A stretch of 49,604 nt of DNA from an uncultured bacterium (GTDB lineage Bacteria; CALINM01), in NCBI GenBank assembly GCA_938045315.1, contig CALINM010000012.1:1-49604 (forward strand), in the 5' to 3' direction. A program made the translations under genes and the position numbers. Below the pieces are notes generated by a model, which saw only the letters and a list, made by a program, of their open reading frames with translations, made no database searches and was not told where the DNA came from. This document shows positions 8,380 through 17,460 of the stretch, piece by piece (within the stretch, counting starts at the first letter, position 1; each line of letters opens with the position of its first letter).

Positions 8380-8474
8380 ATGAGGTTAGAAAAATGAGTG
8401 TTTCTGAGTTTAGTTTCTGGCTTTCTGCGCTCAAGGAGTTTTTTGAGGAGATAAAGCCCACTTACGAGCCATAG
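8286..8474 (+). CDS. -1 frame extension of the chaperone (gpE+E'-like)
   Basis: In-frame slippery heptamer T TTT TTA (8286-8292). The -1 frame is open from 8238 to 8474 and encodes ...LTREAGFSLNEVRKMSVSEFSFWLSALKEFFEE. Confidence 0.65.
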   Translation, partial: FFSLCQGYGKLWFRGAGKGVIVLTREAGFSLNEVRKMSVSEFSFWLSALKEFFEEIKPTYEP

Positions 8475-8576
8475 AAAAGGACGGATGAGGAAAAGATATA
8501 GAATAAGCAGGGAAATGGCAAAAAGAGGTAGCAAAAATATTAGGGCGAGGATGTAAGTGAATACACTGTTTTCCAT
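8376..8576 (-). CDS. Possible antisense small membrane protein (moron)
   Basis: Long hydrophobic stretch followed by a basic tail; overlaps flanking genes on the opposite strand. Confidence 0.4.
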   Translation of the reverse strand: MENSVFTYILALIFLLPLFAISLLILYLFLIRPFLWLVSGLYLLKKLLERRKPETKLRNTHFSNLI

Positions 8577-10875
8577 AGGAATAGGATTACATCTTCTGGA
8601 TAAATTGTCAAGCCCTATGAGGGCTGTTACTCAGCAGGTGGATAATCTCACAAAAAGCATGAAGGCAGTCTCTTCTTCAGGACAGCAATTCAGTCGCAGT
8701 TTTGAGATAGTTGCAAAGACTGTGCAAAAGGCAACTGCGCCGTTCCAGCAACTTAGAGAGCAAGCAGATAAGTTTAAAAGCATAGGTCAGGGTATGGCTC
8801 TAAAAGGTGGTGCAGGTATGATGCTTGGGCTTGCTCCCTCTGTTGATGCTGCCGGGTTTGAAAAGGCAATGGCAGAGGTTGCCACACTTACTGATATGGG
8901 GGTTTCTGAGTTTCAAGATAAGTACGGTAAGCAGGTGCTTGAGCTTTCTGTTGAGCTTGGTGAGGACCCCACTACTGTCGTAAAAGGTTTGTATCAGGCT
9001 ATATCTGCTGGCATTGACCCAAAGGATGCTATAGATTTTATGAAAAAGGCGGGTCAGGCTGCTATTGCTGGTGTGTCAGATATATTTACTGCCACTGACC
9101 TTGCAACCTCTATTAAGAACGCCTATAACGTCCCCATGTCTGAGATGGGTAAGGTCAATGATGTGATTTTCCAGACTGTAAGAAAGGGTAAGACTACATT
9201 CACTGAGATTGCCCAGAGCTTTTCTCAGGTTGGAGCTGCTGCTGCAGGTGCAGGCATATCACTTGAGCATGTGCAGACTGCTGTTGCGCAGATGACCCTT
9301 GGAGGTGTAAGGACTGAAAGGGCATATACTTCGCTTAAATATGTGATTGATGCACTTGTGGCACCTTCAAATCAGGCAAAGAAGGCTTTTGAAAGGCTTG
9401 GCATTGAGATTAATGCAGAGACAGTAAGACAGAAGGACCTGCTTGGTGTAATGGATGAGCTTATGGGGGCAATAGGTCAGCTTTCTCTAAAAGAACAGGC
9501 AGAGCTTATCTCAGATATCTTTGGCTCTCAAGAGGCTCAAATGTTTGTTAAGGACTTTGGAACTAACAGAGATAAGTATCTGTCAATGCTAAAGGATATT
9601 AAAAACTCAACGGGCACAACAGAGGATGCTTACAAAAAGATGGCCGAGACATCGGCAAAGCAGTTCGAGAGGATGAAGCAGTCCTTTATGGCAATAAGGA
9701 TTGCTGCTGGCGCAACAATCCTGCCTGTGATTAATGTAATGTTAAAGGTTATTAAGGCGGTTCTTACACCCATTGCAGAGTTTGCTCAGAGGCATAAACT
9801 GCTCTCTGGAATCTTACTTGGTGGGGTTATTGCTATATCAGGGGTGGTTGCTGCACTTGGTGTTATGGGTATAGCAATCGGCATGGCTATTAAAGGATAT
9901 ACAAATATGAAGATAGCAGCATCACTTTTAACCACTCATAAAGGGAGGATGATAACTGCTATAAAAGGGATGACAACGGCACTGATACCTAATATTAGAG
10001 CTATGGCTGCCTGGATTGCCACGATGGCAAGGGCATCCTTTACAGGGGTTCTTTCTGGAATCAGGGCTTTATTATCTGGCATCAGAGCATTTAGCCTTAC
10101 TGCAATTGCAGGGCTCAGGGCTGTAAGTGTGGCTATGCTTACAACACCTGCTGGATGGCTTATTGCTGGCATTGCAGCACTTGTTGCTGCCGGGTATCTT
10201 CTCTGGAGAAACTGGGATAGGGTTAGCAAGGCTTTATCTTCTGTCTGGCAGTGGCTTGGGGAGAAGGGGAAAAAACTCCTTAATGTCTTCTTATGGCTAA
10301 ATCCTATCACTGCACCCGTTAAGGCTATCAATACACTCATTAAGTTTCTCTTTGGAGTGAATCTCTTTGAGGCCGGGAAAAGGATGATTGAAACCCTGTG
10401 GCAGGGGATTCTGGCTTTTGCCATGAAACCCGTTGAAGCAGTAAAAGGGATTGCAGAGAAAATAAGAAATCTCCTTCCCTTTTCACCAGCGAAAGAAGGA
10501 CCTTTTAAGGATTTGCATAGGGTTAAGATAATTGAAACAGTAGCTCGAACCATAAAGGCAACTCCACTAATAGAAGCTGTTTCTAATACTTTAAAACCAG
10601 TGAGGTCAGTGGTTGGACCACTTATACAGCCAGTCAGGCAGGTGCTTGAGCCAGTTAGGTCAGTGGTTGGACCGCTTATACAGCCAGTCAGGCAGGGGGC
10701 TGGAAAAGAAGCAGGAGGGGCTGTAATAACCGTTAATTACAGCCCTACTATTCATATAAGTGGTGTATCAGATAGGACAAAAGAGGAATTTGTAAAGATG
10801 CTTAAACAGCATCAGTATGAACTGATGAAACTCATTGGGGATGCACAAAACAAAATGATGAGGCTTGCCTACTGA
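8557..10875 (+). CDS. Tail tape measure protein (TP901 family)
   Basis: FEKAMAEVATL, GLYQAISAGI, TVRKGKTTF.E.A, YLLWRNWD, LPFSPAKEGPF.DL. Confidence 0.93.
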   Translation: MNTLFSIGIGLHLLDKLSSPMRAVTQQVDNLTKSMKAVSSSGQQFSRSFEIVAKTVQKATAPFQQLREQADKFKSIGQGMALKGGAGMMLGLAPSVDAAGFEKAMAEVATLTDMGVSEFQDKYGKQVLELSVELGEDPTTVVKGLYQAISAGIDPKDAIDFMKKAGQAAIAGVSDIFTATDLATSIKNAYNVPMSEMGKVNDVIFQTVRKGKTTFTEIAQSFSQVGAAAAGAGISLEHVQTAVAQMTLGGVRTERAYTSLKYVIDALVAPSNQAKKAFERLGIEINAETVRQKDLLGVMDELMGAIGQLSLKEQAELISDIFGSQEAQMFVKDFGTNRDKYLSMLKDIKNSTGTTEDAYKKMAETSAKQFERMKQSFMAIRIAAGATILPVINVMLKVIKAVLTPIAEFAQRHKLLSGILLGGVIAISGVVAALGVMGIAIGMAIKGYTNMKIAASLLTTHKGRMITAIKGMTTALIPNIRAMAAWIATMARASFTGVLSGIRALLSGIRAFSLTAIAGLRAVSVAMLTTPAGWLIAGIAALVAAGYLLWRNWDRVSKALSSVWQWLGEKGKKLLNVFLWLNPITAPVKAINTLIKFLFGVNLFEAGKRMIETLWQGILAFAMKPVEAVKGIAEKIRNLLPFSPAKEGPFKDLHRVKIIETVARTIKATPLIEAVSNTLKPVRSVVGPLIQPVRQVLEPVRSVVGPLIQPVRQGAGKEAGGAVITVNYSPTIHISGVSDRTKEEFVKMLKQHQYELMKLIGDAQNKMMRLAY
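10597..10696 (+). repeat. 46-bp direct repeat with a 54-bp period, inside the tape measure gene
   Basis: 10597-10642 versus 10651-10696, 2 mismatches; encodes PVRSVVGPLIQPVRQ twice. Confidence 0.9.
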
Positions 10876-11366
10876 TGTTTGCACAGCTTGGAGACATAAG
10901 GTTTGATCTTATCGCATACTTTGAGGGGCTTGAATCAACAAAGATGTTTAATTATGCAGAGCATGCTGTAATTGAGGGGAAGCCAAAACTGCAGTATATG
11001 GGTGAGGCGCTGGAGGAGATCAGGATTAAGATAAATCTACACATGGATTTCTGTAACCCTGAGGCAGAGTATAAAAAGATCATGGAGGCTGCATCAAGAT
11101 ATAAGCCACTTGCATTTATCTTTGGAAATGGTCTCTATAAGGGTGATTATGTGATCGAGGAACTCACAACAATAGAGGTGCAGACATTTAACGATGGCAC
11201 CCTGATGGCAGTGGATATGGAGCTTAAGCTAAAAGAGTGGGTCAGGGATAAGGTGGTAACGATGAAGAGCTCCACTGGAAAAAAGACACTCAGAAGAAAG
11301 GCAAAGCCACAGACACAGGTAGAACCAGGAGATATAAGGAGGCAGAAGATAGTTGGACAGGGTTGA
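10875..11366 (+). CDS. Tail protein, P2 GpU family
   Basis: MFAQLGDI.F, YAEHAVIEGKP.LQY.GE.L, G.YKG.YVI. Confidence 0.88.
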   Translation: MFAQLGDIRFDLIAYFEGLESTKMFNYAEHAVIEGKPKLQYMGEALEEIRIKINLHMDFCNPEAEYKKIMEAASRYKPLAFIFGNGLYKGDYVIEELTTIEVQTFNDGTLMAVDMELKLKEWVRDKVVTMKSSTGKKTLRRKAKPQTQVEPGDIRRQKIVGQG

Positions 11367-11583
11367 ATACTACGAGTATATTACAAAAGAAGGCGATAGG
11401 TGGGACCTGGTGGCCTATGAATTTTATGGAGATGCCACCAGGTATGAGCCCATCGTTAGAGCTAATTTTTTTGATGTGGGCATAAAACCTATACTGCCCG
11501 GTGGACTTAAACTCAGAATACCTGTGCTGGAGTTAAAAAATCACATCCCCCCTGAGGAGCTACCACCATGGAAAAGGGCATAG
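11353..11583 (+). CDS. Tail protein X (LysM-like)
   Basis: YITKEGDRWDLVAYEFYGD....I..AN.....L..G..L.IP...LPPWKR. Confidence 0.9.
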   Translation: MDRVEYYEYITKEGDRWDLVAYEFYGDATRYEPIVRANFFDVGIKPILPGGLKLRIPVLELKNHIPPEELPPWKRA

Positions 11584-11960
11584 GTAAGAATATAAGAGAG
11601 TTTAACCTTTTTACCGCTGAGCTTTTTTCTCTGCTCTATGATAATTTTCCCAACCCAGTCGTTGTCGCTCCAGAGGAATTTGATGAAAGGGCAGACAGGG
11701 AGGCTATTAAAGTCTATGTCAACACTATGCTATTTTTGAAAGAAGAAGGCTTTATTAGATATGCAAAGGTGACCCCAGACAATGTTTTTATAGATGTAGT
11801 ATTAACTGCTAAAGGCTTAGCCCTGCTTAATCTTATCCCGGAAGGGATAACAGAGGGAAAAAGCCTTATTCAAAGTCTTAAGGAAGTTCTCCAGGAGGGC
11901 TCAAAAGTAGCTCTTAAAACCTTAATAGATACACTTCTTAAAGAGGGGATGAGGCTGTGA
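11568..11960 (+). CDS. Winged-helix-like hypothetical protein inserted between tail X and D
   Basis: F...T..LF..LYDNFP, TMLFLKEEGFI, VVLTAKGLALLN; overlaps both neighbours. Confidence 0.7.
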   Translation: MEKGIGKNIREFNLFTAELFSLLYDNFPNPVVVAPEEFDERADREAIKVYVNTMLFLKEEGFIRYAKVTPDNVFIDVVLTAKGLALLNLIPEGITEGKSLIQSLKEVLQEGSKVALKTLIDTLLKEGMRL

Positions 11961-12943
11961 GTGAACAGGTAAGAAAACCCATCTTTTTTCTGGAATATGA
12001 AAGCAGGGATATAACAGCATATATTACACCCTTTGTGCTGTCAGTTACCTATACAGATTATGAGCATGGAAAATCTGATGAGATAGAGATACAGATTGAA
12101 GATAGAGACCATCTCTGGAAATCCTCCTGGTATCCCACAAAAGGGGATGTTATAACCTTGAAAATTGGATATGAAGGAGAGCCTTTACTTCCCTGTGGCT
12201 CCTTTGAGATAGACGAAATTGAGCTATCAGCACCACCAGATATTATTAGCCTGAAAGGACTGGGAACGAATATTAAAAAAGCCTTAAGACAGGAAAACAC
12301 TAAAGCCTTCGAAGGTAAAACCCTAAAGCAGATTGCTCAGGAGATAGCAGGTAAACACGGCTTTGCACTGGTGGGAGAAATAAAGGACATAAAGATTAAA
12401 AGGATTACCCAGAAACAAGAAAGAGATTTAGCCTTCTTGAAAAGGCTGGCTGAAGACTATGGCTATGTCTTTAAGATCGCTGATAACAAGCTTGTCTTTT
12501 ATGAGATAGGAAAACTTGAGAGTGCAGGTACCATCTTTGTCATGGACAGAAAGGACATTATCTCCTTTAGTCTAAGGGATAAAACCCATGAACTTTATCG
12601 TGCCTGTGAGGTCTCCTACCATGACCCGAAGACGAAAAGGTTAATCACTCATACGGTAAAGGCTGAGGGCGTGGTAAAGGGTGATGTTTTGAAACTTAAT
12701 GAAAGATGTGAAAATAAAGAGCAGGCAATAGCTAAGGCTCAGGCAGCCTTGAGACAGAAAAATAGCTTTCAAACCGAGGGAAGTATAATTGTCACTGGCA
12801 ACCCAAAGCTTGTTGCTGGCTCAAATGTTGAGCTTACAGGGCTCCATATCCTTGACGGCAAGTATCATATTGTATCATCCAGACATAATATTGATAGAAC
12901 TTCTGGATATAAAACAGAGCTGGAGGTGAAAAGGGTTGCTTAG
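11957..12943 (+). CDS. Baseplate hub, P2 gpD (late control D) family
   Basis: SVTYTD....SDEIEI.IED.D, L.IGY, TQ..E.DL.FL.RLAE.YG, GNP.LVAG. Confidence 0.92.
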   Translation: MSEQVRKPIFFLEYESRDITAYITPFVLSVTYTDYEHGKSDEIEIQIEDRDHLWKSSWYPTKGDVITLKIGYEGEPLLPCGSFEIDEIELSAPPDIISLKGLGTNIKKALRQENTKAFEGKTLKQIAQEIAGKHGFALVGEIKDIKIKRITQKQERDLAFLKRLAEDYGYVFKIADNKLVFYEIGKLESAGTIFVMDRKDIISFSLRDKTHELYRACEVSYHDPKTKRLITHTVKAEGVVKGDVLKLNERCENKEQAIAKAQAALRQKNSFQTEGSIIVTGNPKLVAGSNVELTGLHILDGKYHIVSSRHNIDRTSGYKTELEVKRVA

Positions 12944-13529
12944 GTTTGGAATTGTTACCAATGTGGATGAAAAAAGGGCTATGGTAAGGGTGAATTTTCA
13001 GGATATGGACGGCACTATTTCTTACTGGCTACCTGTGCTTGTGCCTAAAAGTCATAAGGATAGGTATTACTATATGCCTGATATTGGGGAGCATGTGGTT
13101 TGTCTTATGGATGAAACCTGTGAAGAAGGCGTGGTTTTAGGCGCTATCTATTCTGAGGCCGACAACCCTCCTGAAAGAAGCAAAGATAAATATCATATTA
13201 AATTTGCCGATGGCACTACAATTGAGTATGACAGGGCAGAGCACAAACTAAGGGCTGATGTAAAGGGAGATGTAAGCATAAAAGTAACGGGAAGATGCGA
13301 TGTGAATTGCCAGAATCAGATATTTATAAGGAGTGCCACTAACATTACAATTCAGGCACCATCCCTTAATATGAAGGGTGGAAGCCCGGCAGAGGGAGAA
13401 TTTGAGGGAAATTTCAGGATTAGAGGAAATCTATATGTATACGGAAATATCGAAACAGAGGGCAATATAAATGCCTCAGGGAGTATTATCGATGCCGGTG
13501 GTAACACAAATCATCACAACCATTATTAA
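12936..13529 (+). CDS. Baseplate spike, gpV
   Basis: G.V..VD.....RV.F.D....S.WL.V, MPDIGE.V.C, G.VLGAIYS; C-terminal HHNH metal-binding tip. Confidence 0.92.
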   Translation: MLRFGIVTNVDEKRAMVRVNFQDMDGTISYWLPVLVPKSHKDRYYYMPDIGEHVVCLMDETCEEGVVLGAIYSEADNPPERSKDKYHIKFADGTTIEYDRAEHKLRADVKGDVSIKVTGRCDVNCQNQIFIRSATNITIQAPSLNMKGGSPAEGEFEGNFRIRGNLYVYGNIETEGNINASGSIIDAGGNTNHHNHY

Positions 13530-13544
13530 GTAGGGGAGTAAAAT

Positions 13545-13901
13545 GTGAAAATTGATGAAATAAAATCTCTATGGTGGCAACCCAAACGGGGAGAGATAGG
13601 AAGCATAGTTGAAGATATTGAGGATATCAATCAATGCATAAGAATAATCCTTGCCACCCCCAAAAGAAGTGATCCCCATAGACCGGAGTTGGGAAGTGAG
13701 ATATGGAAATATGTTGATTTTCCAGTTAACGAAGCTATCCCCCACATTATCAGGGAAGCCATGGAGGCTATTGAAAAATGGGAGCCAAGAATTGAGATTA
13801 AGAGAATTACTGCAATGCCAGAAGGCTCTCAAATCTTCTTAAAAATAGAGTGGGTCCTGAAGGAAACTCAAGAGCCCTACGTAAGTGAGGTAACCCTATG
13901 A
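13545..13901 (+). CDS. Baseplate wedge, gpW/gp25
   Basis: DI.Q.I.IIL.TPK.SDPHRP..GS, AIEKWEPRI. Confidence 0.92.
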   Translation: MKIDEIKSLWWQPKRGEIGSIVEDIEDINQCIRIILATPKRSDPHRPELGSEIWKYVDFPVNEAIPHIIREAMEAIEKWEPRIEIKRITAMPEGSQIFLKIEWVLKETQEPYVSEVTL

Positions 13902-15013
13902 AGGAAAAGCTTCCAGAACCAGAGTTTATCGAAAGAGATCCCGTTAAGATAACACAGGAATTAATAGAATTATATGAGAGATTAACCGGTAAAAAACTTT
14001 ATCCAGCACAGGTGGAAAGACTTCTTATAGACCTCATTGCCTATAGAGAAAACCTGCTCAGGATTGCCATTCAGGAGGCAGCAAAGCAAAATCTCGTTGA
14101 GTATGCAACTTTTCCCATGCTTGATTACCTTGGGGAGCTTGTGGGAGTAAAGAGGCTTCCAGCACAGCCTGCAAGAACTACCTTAAGATTTTATCTTTTT
14201 TCTCCTCAAAACTTTGATGTATTAATACCCAAAAGCACTGAAGTGGAGGCCAAGGATGGAAAATGCCTTTTTGAAACAGTAAAGGAGGCAGTGATAAAGG
14301 CTTCCGAGCTTTTTGTTGAAGTAGAAGCTCTTTGTAAAACTGCAGGCACCACAGGAAATGGCTACCTGCCAGGGGAGATAAATAATTTAATAACCCCTCT
14401 TGCTTATGTTGAAAAAGTAGAGAATATAACTACAAGTTTCGGTGGCACAGAGGTGGAAGACGACGGGAGACTGAGGCAGAGAATCAAAGAAGCCCCTGAG
14501 CGGTTCTCCAACGCTGGCTCAAGAGGCGCCTACCGTTTCTTTGCCATGTCTGCCCATCAAGACATGGTGGATGTGGCAGTGTTAAGCCCCCAGCCCGGAA
14601 TAGTTGAGGTTTATCCCCTAACCAGATATGGCACCCCCACCCAGGAGATACTTGACCTTGTATATACTACCCTGAACGCAGAAAAGGTAAGACCACTCAC
14701 AGATTATGTCAGGGTCTTACCACCAGTTCAAATAGATTTTTCCATCACTGCTAATATCACTCTCTATAATTTTGCAGATTCCAGAACGGTTCAGGAGATT
14801 TTGCAGGATAGATTGAGTAAATATATAGAAGAAATGAGAAAATGCCTGGGAAGAGATATAGTAAGAAGCCAGATTATTGCCCTTATAAATAGCGTTTACG
14901 GGATTTATAAAGTGGATTTAATTGAACCTCAGGCAGATAGAGTTTTAGCTGAAAAGGAATGGGCAAACTGTAACAGTATATCTATAAACATAGCAGGAAC
15001 AGTAGATGGCTGA
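13898..15013 (+). CDS. Baseplate J/gp47
   Basis: YE...G..LYPAQ.ERL, LD.LG.LVGV.RL, EDD..LR.RI..AP..FS.AG.RGAY, VRPLTD.V. Confidence 0.93.
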   Translation: MKEKLPEPEFIERDPVKITQELIELYERLTGKKLYPAQVERLLIDLIAYRENLLRIAIQEAAKQNLVEYATFPMLDYLGELVGVKRLPAQPARTTLRFYLFSPQNFDVLIPKSTEVEAKDGKCLFETVKEAVIKASELFVEVEALCKTAGTTGNGYLPGEINNLITPLAYVEKVENITTSFGGTEVEDDGRLRQRIKEAPERFSNAGSRGAYRFFAMSAHQDMVDVAVLSPQPGIVEVYPLTRYGTPTQEILDLVYTTLNAEKVRPLTDYVRVLPPVQIDFSITANITLYNFADSRTVQEILQDRLSKYIEEMRKCLGRDIVRSQIIALINSVYGIYKVDLIEPQADRVLAEKEWANCNSISINIAGTVDG

Positions 15014-15701
15014 TAAGAGGCTAATACCAGAGGGCATAAGAGATCTTAGCACTGAGGCTTTTAATGAGCTTATAGACCGCCTGGGAAGCATTGACCTAAC
15101 CCCCCTGCTTGTCTATCTCATAGACTATGTTACACCTTCAGCTCTGCCTCATCTGGCAGAGCAGTTCCATGTCACTGGGCTTGAGGGCTGGGAGCTTGCT
15201 GAAACAGAAGAAGAAAAAAGGGCTTTAATTAAAAAAGCTATAGAGCTTCATAGATACAGGGGCACCCCCTGGGCTGTTAAAGAAGCTCTTAAGGCTGTTG
15301 GCTTTGAAGCAGATATATACGAATGGTTTCAGGAGTTGCCCTACCCTTATAATACCTTCTTCGGTGATATTTCTAATGCTCCCTATGAATTTTTTATCGT
15401 TGTAAATTGCTCAAAAATGTTCGGAAAGGATGTGTTATTATCAGGTGAAAATCAGCAAAGGTTAATATCCCTTATCAACGAATATAAAAATTTGAGAAGT
15501 CACTTAAATAAACTTGTTCTGTATCCTAAATATATTTCCAAAACAGGATATACAGATGCAATGACTAAGCCTGTATCTATATGTAATGCATATACTGAGA
15601 CACAAAGCAATTATCTTATTCCAGTGTCACTACCTTATATGACTTCTATGCATAGACCTGTTGCTGTTATTTATGCAGGAGAGGTGATAAATTATGGATA
15701 A
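15006..15701 (+). CDS. Tail protein I (P2 gpI)
   Basis: LPHLAEQFHV, KRALIKKAIELHRYRGTPWAVKEAL, EWF, KN.RSHL. Confidence 0.9.
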   Translation: MADKRLIPEGIRDLSTEAFNELIDRLGSIDLTPLLVYLIDYVTPSALPHLAEQFHVTGLEGWELAETEEEKRALIKKAIELHRYRGTPWAVKEALKAVGFEADIYEWFQELPYPYNTFFGDISNAPYEFFIVVNCSKMFGKDVLLSGENQQRLISLINEYKNLRSHLNKLVLYPKYISKTGYTDAMTKPVSICNAYTETQSNYLIPVSLPYMTSMHRPVAVIYAGEVINYG

Positions 15702-16362
15702 ATTAACACCAGTAATTACTCAAATAGGCAAGCAAAAGGCATTCAATGCCAGCATAAACGGTGTGAAAATAGCAATTAATAGAATAGGAGTTGGGTCCGG
15801 TGCTTATACACCAAACGAAAATAGAACAGCCCTGGTAAATGAAAGGGAGAGACTTCCCATAGTCTCAAGCGTAATAGATCCTGCCAATTCTACTATTGTA
15901 GTACACACCATAATCGAGAGTAACCTGGAATACTGGATAAGCGAAGTGGGATTTTACCTTGATGACGGCACACTCTTTGCAGTATGGAGCCACCCAACCT
16001 ATAAGCTTGGGTATAAAAGCAGGATAAACAGGTTTTTACTTGGCTATACAATAAAGATAGTGGACATACCTTTTGATGTAGTGCAGATTATAGACCAGGG
16101 GCAACCTCTTAATATTTATTATGCAACGGAGTTTGTTAATTTTACTAATTCTATTGTTAACATGGGAAGAGGAATGGTGGAGATAAATGATAAGTTGACT
16201 AACGCTAAAAATGAAATTTCAAGTCTTGACTCCTGGTGCAGGGTCAAATTCTCACACTTAGATAACATAATTAATAGTATGAATAAGATAGAACTTTTAA
16301 ATATTGCCAACACAATAACACTTATTTCAGACGCCATTCTGGCATTAAAATTAAAAAACTAA
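15694..16362 (+). CDS. Short tail-collar/fibre N-terminal protein (DUF3751-like plus coiled coil)
   Basis: IT..G......I..IGVG.G.Y.P...RTALVNE, YWISEVGFYLDDGTLFAVWS; only 222 aa. Confidence 0.8.
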   Translation: MDKLTPVITQIGKQKAFNASINGVKIAINRIGVGSGAYTPNENRTALVNERERLPIVSSVIDPANSTIVVHTIIESNLEYWISEVGFYLDDGTLFAVWSHPTYKLGYKSRINRFLLGYTIKIVDIPFDVVQIIDQGQPLNIYYATEFVNFTNSIVNMGRGMVEINDKLTNAKNEISSLDSWCRVKFSHLDNIINSMNKIELLNIANTITLISDAILALKLKN

Positions 16363-16381
16363 ATCAAAGGAGGAAAGAAAG

Positions 16382-17128
16382 ATGAGTTTAGAGCAAAGAG
16401 TGACAGAACTAAGTAATAATGTAGCTAACCTGGTGCACAGGGTTACAACCCAGGCTGATCAATGGCAACAGGCAGTAAACCAGGCTCAACAGCAATTTCA
16501 AAACTTTATATCTAATGCACGCTTAGAGACGCCTTTTATTCGCATAAGCAAAAACCAGGCTCTTATAAAGCATCCGAGTGAGAATCGTCCTATTGATTGG
16601 ATAGTGCAGTGGGAAACAGTTGAGTTGCTTGAGTATATACCTGTTTATGATAATAACTCCAACAGAACCAATTGGCATGAAAGATCATTATTAGAACTCC
16701 TCACAGACAACCCCAATACCGCCCATATAAGTATGTCATTTAATATTCTTCATATAGTAACCAAATCAACATTCACAAATTGGAGTTGGGCTTTACAACC
16801 AACTTTTGGAATGAGTGCGAAATGGGAAAGCGTCGTCCCGGTCCAGCCTATGTCTTTTATGTCCTTAGGCAAGATTATTACAGGGTCAGTCAGGATAAGT
16901 CACCCAAGTTATTCTGCTCCTTTGCTACAGGAATATCCTAATTCTGAATGGAAATTATATGGTAGAGTAGTAACGAGCTTGTCCTCTCTAAAATTTACAA
17001 ATTTTCTTTTCTACTTACGACCAAATACCGATATATACATTGCTCTGCCTGCATTGGTCCTGGGTAGATTCCCATACGAAACATACAGGTGGACCTATTT
17101 TGTAAATATATTCAATGAAAGGAGGTAA
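16382..17128 (+). CDS. Putative receptor-binding / tail-fibre-associated protein
   Basis: N-terminal coiled coil MSLEQRVTEL...FQNFISNARLE, then an aromatic-rich, predicted beta-rich domain ending IALPALV.G; AGGAGG SD. Confidence 0.6.
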   Translation: MSLEQRVTELSNNVANLVHRVTTQADQWQQAVNQAQQQFQNFISNARLETPFIRISKNQALIKHPSENRPIDWIVQWETVELLEYIPVYDNNSNRTNWHERSLLELLTDNPNTAHISMSFNILHIVTKSTFTNWSWALQPTFGMSAKWESVVPVQPMSFMSLGKIITGSVRISHPSYSAPLLQEYPNSEWKLYGRVVTSLSSLKFTNFLFYLRPNTDIYIALPALVLGRFPYETYRWTYFVNIFNERR

Positions 17129-17131
17129 AAT

Positions 17132-17443
17132 ATGCAGGAGTATATTCCAATAACCCTGTTAAGAGAAATGATTAAAACAAAACTTAGAGACCTCACTATA
17201 GACTTCATAAATTTACAACTACCGCCGGGATATAAAGACTATATAGATGTAGAAGTAACAGCCGCAAATCCAGCTGCACCGCAAGAATGGAGAGAGGAGG
17301 CGATAGGAATTTCACAGTGGTTTTATGGTATTTTTCAACAACTTGAGGCCAAGATAGAAGAAATAGAAAATATGACAGAAGAAGAACTATTAAACTTTCG
17401 TGCAGAAGAGTGGATTGACGCCTTACCACGACTTGAGTTATAG
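17132..17443 (+). CDS. Hypothetical protein, possible fibre assembly chaperone
   Basis: 103-aa acidic helical ORF with AGGAGG SD; last gene of the tail operon. Confidence 0.6.
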   Translation: MQEYIPITLLREMIKTKLRDLTIDFINLQLPPGYKDYIDVEVTAANPAAPQEWREEAIGISQWFYGIFQQLEAKIEEIENMTEEELLNFRAEEWIDALPRLEL

Positions 17444-17460
17444 CATAAAATGATTTTTAA

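Noticed and set aside
6017-17443. Tailocin or contractile injection system instead of a phage
   Set aside because: Capsid, protease, terminase and neck genes are present and look intact.
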